Below are positions 8,551 to 16,800 of a stretch of DNA of 20,373 bases, one piece after another (position 1 is the stretch's first letter; each line of letters begins with the position of its first letter). This DNA is from an uncultured archaeon. Its GTDB lineage: Archaea > Thermoplasmatota > Penumbrarchaeia > JASLWR01. A model generated the notes under the pieces. That model had not been told where the DNA came from. It made no database searches and was given only the letters and a program-made list of their open reading frames with translations. The position numbers were made by a program, and so were the translations under genes. The DNA lies in NCBI GenBank assembly GCA_964342815.1, contig CAYFHS010000048.1:1-20373 (forward strand). The letters are read 5' to 3'.

Positions 8551-9525
8551 CTATATATAACTCGACGCAAACCATACGAGCGACGAAATAGCCCCCAGGA
8601 TAACCATTGCGTTTCCGAGGCTGGATTTCTTATCCCTTACTGCAAAAAACCCAAACAGACCTCCCAGTATGCCCAGCAGGACCGGGGCTGCGAACCAGGC
8701 ATAATCGAAAGCGTCCAATTCCTCGTCCCCCGGTGCTTCTGTTACTCTCTCTTCCTTCTGGACCGGAGCTTCCGGAAGATACTCCTGCCTCGCTTCGGGG
8801 AGCAGTGGTGGTTGTATCCTCGCTTTGGCGGGTTCCGGGCTTGGAATCCCGTAATCGTAGGGTTCCCTTCCCGGACCTTCTTCTTCCCAGCTATCCTCCT
8901 CCGCGTAATCCTCCCCCTCTTCCGGCCAGCTCTCCACCATTTCCTCCTCGACGAACTCGGCTTCCACCAATTTCTCCTCTTCTTCCATCTCCATCTCTTC
9001 TACCTCTTCCGCCTCCGGTTCCTCTGCCTCCTCTCCCTCTAATTGATCGGGTCCGGGAAGAATCGCATATGGTTTTTCGTAAACCTCGCCCTGGTGAAGT
9101 TTGAATGATTTCATCTCGATATTTATCGGATCGATTACCACTGCGGACTGGTATTCCTTCTTGAACATCCTGATCTGCGTGTCCTTGTCGGTGGGTGACA
9201 TGAAAGAGGTATGGCCCGGGTGGGAGTGGTACCAGCCCACCAGAAGATAATCCAATCCGTCTTTTTCGAATTTGTCCAATTTCTTGAAGAGTGGCTCGAA
9301 ACTGGCAAATTTCACCGAAACCGCCGTGGTATCGAGGTCCGAGGTGACAACATCTTCCACAACGGTGTATTCCCTGCCCTCCCACTCGTACTTGTGACCC
9401 ACCATGAAACCCATGACCTCGAGCTGGATGTCCCTGAAATCCTTGCAGTGTTTCAGCATCTTGAGGGCTGCATTCTTCTTTATGAACAGATCGATGTGTT
9501 CGTCCTCAAAGATAGGGTTGATCAC
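8551..9525 (-). CDS. JAB/MPN+ (JAMM) metalloprotease, Rpn11-like, with an acidic linker and a C-terminal two-helix membrane anchor, 324 aa
   Basis: E36 in EVMGFMVG; intact HxH-x7-S-x2-D motif (VGWYHSHPGHTSFMSPTD, nt 9228-9187); VIDP. GTG start with SD AGGAGG. Two hydrophobic segments at the C-terminus. Confidence 0.93.
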   Translation of the reverse strand: MINPIFEDEHIDLFIKKNAALKMLKHCKDFRDIQLEVMGFMVGHKYEWEGREYTVVEDVVTSDLDTTAVSVKFASFEPLFKKLDKFEKDGLDYLLVGWYHSHPGHTSFMSPTDKDTQIRMFKKEYQSAVVIDPINIEMKSFKLHQGEVYEKPYAILPGPDQLEGEEAEEPEAEEVEEMEMEEEEKLVEAEFVEEEMVESWPEEGEDYAEEDSWEEEGPGREPYDYGIPSPEPAKARIQPPLLPEARQEYLPEAPVQKEERVTEAPGDEELDAFDYAWFAAPVLLGILGGLFGFFAVRDKKSSLGNAMVILGAISSLVWFASSYI

Positions 9526-9552
9526 TGCAAATCTCCTCCTTTAATGGATAAT

Positions 9553-9690
9553 TTATAGGAATTTAGATAGGTATTCCTTCATCTTGGAAAAATCGGTCTT
9601 GCCGGGTAGATAGGAGAATTCCAGATCCTCCGGGGGCTCCTTTTCCTTCGTCTCCTTCTTTGTCTCGCTTACTATCTTGGGCAGTGCCAT
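9553..9690 (-). CDS. Unannotated 45-aa protein (MALPKIVSETKKETKEKEPPEDLEFSYLPGKTDFSKMKEYLSKFL)
   Basis: ATG lies 1 nt after the E2 stop (TGA-T-ATG), filling the gap between E2 and JAB, in the same reading frame as JAB. Below the ORF-track size cutoff. Confidence 0.7.
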   Translation of the reverse strand: MALPKIVSETKKETKEKEPPEDLEFSYLPGKTDFSKMKEYLSKFL

Positions 9691-9691
9691 A

Positions 9692-10210
9692 TCAATCACT
9701 TCTCACTATCTTCGGCCCCCCCCTGGTGGAGGATACTATGCCGGGCGGATGATAATCGTGTGTGGCGAAATACTGTGCGGCGGCCATGCAGCTTTGGGAT
9801 CCATAGGGGCTCCGCGGATTGGGCATTGACAGCAGCGATTCGATACCTTGAATGAACGCTAGAAGATTGGATTGAAAGTTCCAGGTATCGAGAAGCCGCG
9901 TGCAAACATAACCTCCGTCCTCGGGAACCATGATGTTGGGGTGAAATATATCCGTATGCCACCTGACTATCGGTTTCTGGTAAGGATAATTATTTGTTAT
10001 CTTCATGGTGAACTTGTGATTCCATGCATGGGTTATCCGGTTGTCCTTTAATTTGGGTCCCGCTATCTTTTTCATGTTTACTTCGATGGTAACGGGAAAA
10101 CCGTTCACTTCGGGATCGTCCACTAATATCTCGTGCACCAGTTTTCTTTTGCACATTGCGATCTCCTGGAGCACTCGTTTCCGTAGAAGGTCTTCGGGCA
10201 GTTGAGGCAT
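9692..10210 (-). CDS. Ubiquitin-conjugating enzyme E2 (UBC fold), 172 aa
   Basis: YPYQKPIVRWHTDIFHPNI (H90-P91-N92, nt 9943-9935), catalytic-position Cys103 in GGYVCTRLL (nt 9904-9902), W..QSNL and ESLLSMPNPRSP match the eukaryotic E2 pattern YP..PP.V.F.T.IFHPN...G.IC...L...LL..PNP.SP. Start placed at ATG 10210 (MPQLPED). Confidence 0.9.
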   Translation of the reverse strand: MPQLPEDLLRKRVLQEIAMCKRKLVHEILVDDPEVNGFPVTIEVNMKKIAGPKLKDNRITHAWNHKFTMKITNNYPYQKPIVRWHTDIFHPNIMVPEDGGYVCTRLLDTWNFQSNLLAFIQGIESLLSMPNPRSPYGSQSCMAAAQYFATHDYHPPGIVSSTRGGPKIVRSD

Positions 10211-10276
10211 ATGTTTTCTAACTCCGCACATTATTGATCGATAAAGGGAAATTATGGCAAAATCCAATTCAATGCT

Positions 10277-10284
10277 ATTTTAAA
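10277..10284 (-). promoter_or_regulatory. Possible TATA box (TTTAAAAT) for the E2-ORF45-JAB unit
   Basis: Lies in the AT-rich 115-nt gap between the priS stop and the E2 start, ~66 nt upstream of the ATG. Confidence 0.3.
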
Positions 10285-10325
10285 TTATGGGTAATTTTAA
10301 TGTTAAATACTTGATTTCCGTCACC

Positions 10326-11624
10326 CTAAACGCTTTGGGCTCCATAGGTCTCTTTTGGAAGTATCGCGCTGCCCGAGGCGAGGAAGAAAGCTCCCGCATA
10401 TACGGGTAAATTGTGTATTCCCGGACTGATCCTGAACTCATCCCCTTTTAGTTCGATATCCGCCGGCCGAACGCATTCTATCACCATCTCGTCATCCGGC
10501 AGTACAACTGCATCTTTCAGCGGATCGAAGCTCTTAATGGAATCGAGATCGATGGGTGTCACGCAAAAACCGGATTTGCCGTGAAGTGAGCCCGGGACCC
10601 TGATGAGCCTGTGTATGTCAGTGGTTACGGGTTGATCGGTTTCTCCTGCATTTACCCTGGATTCGGCCTTGATCAGATTCATGAAGAAATTCCGGTTACG
10701 GTCTTTCGAAAAAACCTCGAAGGTGCCGTCTCTCAATTTATCGACGCCTCTTTTACCGCTATCTCCGGAAAAGAGGTCCTTATAGGTGCTTATTACTGTG
10801 GCCTTTCCGTAATTATTGCCCTTATCGTCGCAGACACCCCGGGATTTCACGAGGTCCAGAATATATCCGGTGGCGTTTTTAGTATCCTTTTTCTCCAATT
10901 CGTCAAGCATAAATCGGATACCCTTTCCAATGATCCCTCTCCAACCCGGGTCTCTCGCACCGGGCATCTTCCTTACCGTCAGTACTTTCATGTGCCGCCC
11001 GAAGCTGGTCATACCCAACGATCTTTCGGGAAATAACCAGGAATCATCCTCAACTGGCAGTCCACTGCCGGTAATATAATCCACTATTTCCCTCCGTTCC
11101 CGGGTTCCCATACCATAGACCTTCGGGTCATTCACATGAATGTGATAACCCCTGCCCCCCGAGAAGAGAAGCTCTACGTCTTTTTCATTGAAACCAAAGG
11201 CATCAAGGACGTAGTTGTCAAGAAGTTTCATCACCTCGCTCTTCACCGCCCTGAGCTGTTCGCCGTATTTCATTTTCTCCGCCCCTTCGATGTGGTCTGC
11301 ATCGAGATCAAAAATTAGCTCGGCACCGATCCACTGTTTATCGTCCATCTTCGAAGCCCCGGGGTCCTGGTAAAAAGCCACAGAATAATACGAATGCCGC
11401 GGCGTCTCCCGGACAAAAAAGGCTTCGGCCTCTCTCCTGTCTGCAAAGGAAACGTGCCTCCGCATTCCCCCCTTACGAAAGGGAAAGAAACCCCATTCAC
11501 GTTTTTCAATTTCTTCCGGGAGCAGAGGGGGCCTCTTTCGGTAGTGTTCTCTGAAGATGTTTTTAAGGGCCAGCATGGCTTTCTCTCTTCTGTAGGAGAG
11601 AACGGCGTCCTTGAAATGCTCCAT
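10326..11624 (-). CDS. priS: Archaeal DNA primase catalytic (small) subunit, 432 aa
   Basis: REWGFFPF...MRRH, GAELIFDLDADH (DxD), FSGGRGYHIH, DQPVTTDIHRLIRVPGSLHGKSG. Start placed at ATG 11624 (MEHFKDA); the track's longer N-terminus overlaps the divergent antiporter. Confidence 0.95.
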   Translation of the reverse strand: MEHFKDAVLSYRREKAMLALKNIFREHYRKRPPLLPEEIEKREWGFFPFRKGGMRRHVSFADRREAEAFFVRETPRHSYYSVAFYQDPGASKMDDKQWIGAELIFDLDADHIEGAEKMKYGEQLRAVKSEVMKLLDNYVLDAFGFNEKDVELLFSGGRGYHIHVNDPKVYGMGTRERREIVDYITGSGLPVEDDSWLFPERSLGMTSFGRHMKVLTVRKMPGARDPGWRGIIGKGIRFMLDELEKKDTKNATGYILDLVKSRGVCDDKGNNYGKATVISTYKDLFSGDSGKRGVDKLRDGTFEVFSKDRNRNFFMNLIKAESRVNAGETDQPVTTDIHRLIRVPGSLHGKSGFCVTPIDLDSIKSFDPLKDAVVLPDDEMVIECVRPADIELKGDEFRISPGIHNLPVYAGAFFLASGSAILPKETYGAQSV

Positions 11625-11701
11625 TCGAAGAGGAATAGCCCTCGCATTATAATAACCTTTACCATTTGATTGGAAATGGGATGAATGGGGGAAATGCAAA
11701 C

Positions 11702-11709
11702 TATAAAAT
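11702..11709 (+). promoter_or_regulatory. Putative TATA box (TATAAAAT) with an A-rich BRE-like segment for the antiporter gene
   Basis: Ends 24 nt upstream of ATG 11734 in the priS/antiporter divergent gap; no SD, consistent with a leaderless mRNA. Confidence 0.45.
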
Positions 11710-11733
11710 ATCACCGATAAGTTACACTCCGTC

Positions 11734-12936
11734 ATGCTGGCGTCGAATATTCCAATATTCCTTATGGCCGGGATCGCTCTCGCACTGGCCTTGTTGATTG
11801 GAAAAGCGACACACTGGATAAAGGTGACCGGTGTGGTGGGATATTTGCTGACCGGATTTTTACTTGGACCTGAAGTTCTACAGCTGGTGAAGTTCACCCG
11901 ATTGGAAATTGAAATGATAACGTGGTTCTCTCTCGGCTTCATTGGTTTCACATTAGGAGGCAAACTTCCCCTTCAGCTCTTGAGAAAAAGTGGGAAAAAG
12001 ATTATTTTCATGATGCTTGGTGGTATTGTTTTCCCATTCGTTTTTGTCTTGGGAGGAATATACTTTTTGAAAGGTAATCTTTCTCTTGGGCTTATTTTCG
12101 GTGCTCTGGCATGTACCAGTGCCCCGGCGGGGACCATAGCGGTAATATATGAGTACAGAGCAAGAGGAAAACTTACCAATGCCATTGTTGCTGTTGTGGG
12201 TCTCGACGATGCTTTCGGAGTGGTTGTATTCGCAGTTACAATTGCAGGTGTATCGGCCATCATGGGGGGTAGCAATTCCTTCCTCTCAGCGGAAACGTTA
12301 TGGGAGCCCGCAAAGGAGATCGGCGGTGCACTACTGCTGGGGGGAGCAGCCGGAGGAATACTGGCATTGATTGTAAAGAAGGTTCATGAGAGAGCCGAAT
12401 TGTTCGTTCTGACCCTGGCGATTCTATTATCCTCCATAGGTACGGCCATGTGGCTGGGTTTCTCAGTGATTCTCGCCTCCATAACCATGGGAATGGTTTT
12501 CGTCAATATCCTACCACACGAGTGCAGGATCGTATTTCGTGACATGGACCGGATCACGCTTCCGATATTCATCCTCTTTTTCTTGACCGCGGGATTGGAA
12601 TTGAGGTTGGATCTGCTTTTGGGAAGCGGTGCACTGGTCCTTGTTTATGTGTTGTTCCGAACCATTGGCAAACTCTCGGGGCCTATGGCGGCCGCTGGGA
12701 TTGCCCGGACAGATCCTAAGTTGAAAAAGTACCTTGGTTTTGGTATACTGCCCCAGGCAGGGGTCGCGCTGGGCTTGGCACTGCTCGCTTCGCATAAGCT
12801 GGTGGAGCTTGGAAAACCCGAATTGGCGGGACTGGTAATCACCACCATAACAGCCACCACGGTGGTGTTCGAGATAATTGGCCCTATAGGTACGAGATTT
12901 GCCCTTGTAAGCTCGGGTGAAGCAAGAAGAAAATGA
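11734..12936 (+). CDS. Cation:proton antiporter (Na+/H+ exchanger superfamily, Kef/NhaP-like), 400 aa
   Basis: About 12 TMs; VTGVVGYLLTGFLLGP, TSAPAGT, VVGLDDAFGVV, FFLTAGLEL, LPQAGVALGLA, EIIGPIG. Confidence 0.92.
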   Translation: MLASNIPIFLMAGIALALALLIGKATHWIKVTGVVGYLLTGFLLGPEVLQLVKFTRLEIEMITWFSLGFIGFTLGGKLPLQLLRKSGKKIIFMMLGGIVFPFVFVLGGIYFLKGNLSLGLIFGALACTSAPAGTIAVIYEYRARGKLTNAIVAVVGLDDAFGVVVFAVTIAGVSAIMGGSNSFLSAETLWEPAKEIGGALLLGGAAGGILALIVKKVHERAELFVLTLAILLSSIGTAMWLGFSVILASITMGMVFVNILPHECRIVFRDMDRITLPIFILFFLTAGLELRLDLLLGSGALVLVYVLFRTIGKLSGPMAAAGIARTDPKLKKYLGFGILPQAGVALGLALLASHKLVELGKPELAGLVITTITATTVVFEIIGPIGTRFALVSSGEARRK

Positions 12937-12983
12937 CGGACTAATTCTAAAAAAACAAAAGACCTGAAAAAGGAGGTTTCATA

Positions 12984-13466
12984 TTGCCAGAAAAAAAAAG
13001 TTCCCGGATAAATAATCTCGAAGAGTTCTACGATCTGAAAGTAAAGGACGTAATTGACCAGCGCTTCTGGGACCTACCTATTGTAAGCGGGGATGATGAT
13101 ATGCATCATGTTCTTTCGATACTCCGCAGCCAGTACCACGTTTGGATCGTGGATGATCTTAAAAGCATGAAGCTTTGCGGTGTGATCACCGAACATGATA
13201 TCCTGAATATTCTGGCTCCGAAAAGACCTCCTGCACATATCTTTGGAATGGCAGATATCCAACGATGGTCCAGCGGCCGCATGGAAGGAGTTATTCAGGT
13301 CATGTGCAGGAGGCTTATCACATGCAAACCGGACGATTTGATCCATAATGTGCTCGTTAAAATGAAAAAGCACAGCGTCAGAAGGCTGCCCGTTGTGAAA
13401 AAGAGGAAATTAGTTGGAGAGATAACCTTTCACACGCTGCTTAATAAATACTATGATATAATATAA
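12984..13466 (+). CDS. Tandem CBS-domain protein, 160 aa (probable antiporter regulator)
   Basis: LCGVITEHDIL and VRRLPVV...LVGEIT CBS motifs. TTG start with a perfect SD AGGAGGT at 12971-12977. Confidence 0.88.
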   Translation: MPEKKSSRINNLEEFYDLKVKDVIDQRFWDLPIVSGDDDMHHVLSILRSQYHVWIVDDLKSMKLCGVITEHDILNILAPKRPPAHIFGMADIQRWSSGRMEGVIQVMCRRLITCKPDDLIHNVLVKMKKHSVRRLPVVKKRKLVGEITFHTLLNKYYDII

Positions 13467-13723
13467 TAGCAAGTCCGACCAATTAACAAATCAAAGATTC
13501 AGCCGATCCGATAGAAAAACGTGTTGTATGAGTGATCCTCAGGAGATGATAGCGCAATCTGAAATCCTTAAAATGAACTCCCGAGGTGCGAACGGTTGAA
13601 AATCTGAACATTTCGAAACAGTATATTTCATAAAAACAACGAATCTTCAATAAAACTCTCTCGTCCCTGCAAGAATAACAATTTTTCAGCAAAATATATG
13701 ACTTTTCAATTAGCTCCGTTATC

Positions 13724-13731
13724 TATAAATA
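13724..13731 (+). promoter_or_regulatory. Possible TATA box (TATAAATA) for the giant surface-protein gene
   Basis: In an AT-rich intergenic region ~76 nt upstream of ATG 13808; SD-like GAGGA at 13797-13801. Confidence 0.3.
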
Positions 13732-13807
13732 ATCTTAACACAATAATTTTTTCCCCAATTCCTGAACGTATGCTGGGAATTGTCTAACATAACATAGAGG
13801 AATGCAA

Positions 13808-16800
13808 ATGAATGAATTAAAAAAACCAAACCGGCCCCATAACCGATACGTTAAAATCGGAATATGGATCGTCCTGTCGGCACTAATACTGGCAGGGCTG
13901 GCAATCATCGTTGGAGTCGCCTTCGAGGAATTCGGAGGCGAGCGAGCATCCATCGAAGAAATCGTATATATGCCACAGCAGCACGATTATTCGAGAGGTA
14001 CGTCGACCTTAAGCTACTCCATGGCGGCGAGATATTCGGATGGCAGCATTGGATCCCTGCCGGATGTGAACAGGAATGAATTGTTCTTGGGAACAACGGA
14101 TACGATTAATACCGATACCGATGGCATGGATAAAGAAGACCGTACCCGAAAAACCGAAGAAGGCGCAGAATTCAATTTTTCATATACCGGAAGCGCACAA
14201 TCGTGGGAAGTGCCGGACAATGGAATCTATAAATTGGAAGTTTGGGGTGCCCGGGGAGGTTATTGTTATGCGAATTACGGAAAAGGGGGGAAAGCATGGG
14301 GTGAGCTCGAATTGACCAAGGGCGAAACCCTAAAAATCTATGTTGGTGGTAGTCCGGGCAATTCTCGTAACGGAGGATTTAACGGCGGCGGTAACAATCG
14401 AACCGGTTCAGGTGGCGGAGGAGGTGGAGGTACCGATATACGGAGAAATGGAGATGCAATGGCAAATCGTATAATCGTTGGCGGAGGAGGCGGTGGTACT
14501 GCATGTTCGTCCAATTCTCATGGAGGTGATGGTGGAGGAAACGAAGGGAAGCACGGCTATCGCTTTGGGAATTATAACGACCATTATGCCGGAGGAGGTG
14601 GCACACAGAATGGAGGAGGTCGAGCCGGGGGATGCTGCGGCGCCCAGCCGGGTCAACTTGGCCGAGGCGGAGATACTGCAACGGGGGATGATTGCGGTGC
14701 TGGCGGTGGCGGTTACTATGGTGGCGGCGGTGGCTCCAACGATTCCGGGGGCGGCGGCGGTTCATCTTATTACGCGAATCTTGATAATGGTGGAACCCAG
14801 GCCGGTGATAATGACGGCCATGGAAAGGTGAAGATCACCTTCGTTCAAGGCGGCGGCGGCTCCGCGGTATACGATTACAAATACAAGGATGGAACCGGCA
14901 TATCTAAGGATTTCACATATACCGGGGGACAGCAATCGTGGGTGGTCCCCGGTGGAACCAAGTTCATAGATGTGGACGCATTTGGTGGTGAAGGAGGGTC
15001 CGGAGGAAAGGGCGGTCAAATTAAAGCTAGACTAACGGTGACACCAGGTGAAACACTTTACATCTATGTTGGTGGAAAGGGAGCTAATCAGCACGGAAAC
15101 CGTTCCGGAGGCTGGAACGGAGGCGGCCAGGGAGGAAGTTCCAATGGAGGTCGCTACGGTGCCGGAGGCGGTGGGGGTACTGACATTCGCCGAGGCGGAA
15201 CAGGATGGGCTAACCGGATATTGGTGGCTGGCGGCGGCGGCGGTTATTACGGTGGCGGCGGCGGCGGTGCAGGTATAACGACTTGTTGTGGTGATAGTTC
15301 AAGAAACGGCAATTCTGGATCACAGGGTACTGGAGGCAAAGGTGGTGACGCACAGGATGGTTGTGCTTCTGGATACAATAATAATGGTGGTGACGGTGGA
15401 AAAGGAGGCGGGACCACAGGGGGTAATGGCGGAAGATATCGTGGATCGGGTAATCCCGGTAATGGAGGAACCCAAAACGGCGGCGGTTCCGGAGGCTCAA
15501 AGGCTGGTCAATGTGATGCCGACCAGATATCCGGTGGCGGCGGCGGTGGTGGAAGCAGCTATGCCAAATCAGGCAGCAAAAATATAAAACATACCCAGGG
15601 AGTGCATTCCGGGAACGGTAAAATTAAAATTTCGACACCTCCGGAAATCCTTGGCGTATACTATCAGGAACCGTTTTCCGATGAATTCAAGGATTCGGAA
15701 TTTGGACCTGCCTGGAGCCCTTACAGCAGCGACGATGAAAATGCCCGAAACGAGAGAATCGATACCGAACCGGGCAAGAAAGAGAAAGCAAAATTCACTT
15801 TCACCAACTGCACCCAGACCGGAAGGAACGGCCCTTCACAGGGGCAGGTAAATACAGCCTACGGCAATTCCAACTTAAATGGGAAGGTCACGGTCAGTAA
15901 TGGCGTTCAAAGTTGGGTAGTACCAGAAACCGGCAAGTATACCATCGAAGTTCAGGGTGCCGTAGGAGGCAAATCGAGATACGGCAGCGCGAATCCCGGG
16001 AAGGGGGCGAAAATGAGTGGTGAATTCAATCTGACGAAGGGTGAGACCATCTATGTTGTGGTTGGCCAGAAGGGGCTTCAGTGCCAGAGCTGGGCCAATA
16101 GTGCAAATGGAGCTGGTGGCGGTGGCGGTGGAACCTTTGTCTATAAAGCCAACAAAACCCTCCTCATCGCTGCGGGCGGTGGCGGCGGTGCCGGTCATGT
16201 CAATGCCAGAAATCCATATTACCACGGCATGGACGCTGTTACAGGGACCACGGGTACTGAAAGCAGGGGAAGAAATCCCGGTGGTTCAAACGGCAATAAC
16301 GGTAGCGGCACTTCCGGTGGAAGAGGATGGAATACGGTGAAGAATAATCCCATCGGAGAACCCTGCAGAGGCTGGGGCGAGTTCCAGGCACATGGTGGAT
16401 TTGGCGGCGGCGGCGGAAATTATTATCACGACGGCGGCGGCGGCGGTGGTTATTCCGGCGGCGGCGGTAACCGCGGCGGCGGCTCACCGACCTCATATCC
16501 GGCTGGCGGCGGCGGCGCTTCCTACAACAACGGTGCCAACAAGGATGACAAAGCCGGGGTAAATACGGAAGACGGGAAAGCCATGTTCATACAATATGAA
16601 GTAATTAACGACCCGGGTTTCGATGCATATGATGAGGAGGAACAGGGTACGACCTGCTGGGTAATGGACACTGCCGGTGCCAGAGGTGCCAACCTGAATC
16701 AGCTTCTGCTCCACATAGGCCTGGATGCCGGAGAAGGATCGGTCACAAGTTTGAAACTCTCGTTTGCAGCTGAGGTTTATGGTACTACCGAAGTAATGCC

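Noticed and set aside
9553-9690. ORF45 as the missing ubiquitin-like modifier
   Set aside because: Too short for a beta-grasp fold and ends YLSKFL with no Gly-Gly.
9716-9723. G8 homopolymer near the E2 3' end as a frameshift site fusing E2 to ORF45
   Set aside because: Both shifted frames hit stops (TAG at 9708-9706; TGA at 9698-9696) before the ORF45 start.
8551-10210. CBASS/Bil-type antiphage system
   Set aside because: No CD-NTase, E1, Ubl or effector nearby; the E2 is standalone and the flanking genes are housekeeping.
11625-11963. 113-aa N-terminal extension of PriS in the ORF track
   Set aside because: Overlaps the divergent antiporter gene and its promoter; primase similarity begins only near ATG 11624.
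16400-16520. (GGC)n runs resembling microsatellites or a repeat array
   Set aside because: They encode the poly-Gly tracts of the ALK-like domain; there is no constant repeat-spacer period, so this is not CRISPR or a contingency locus.
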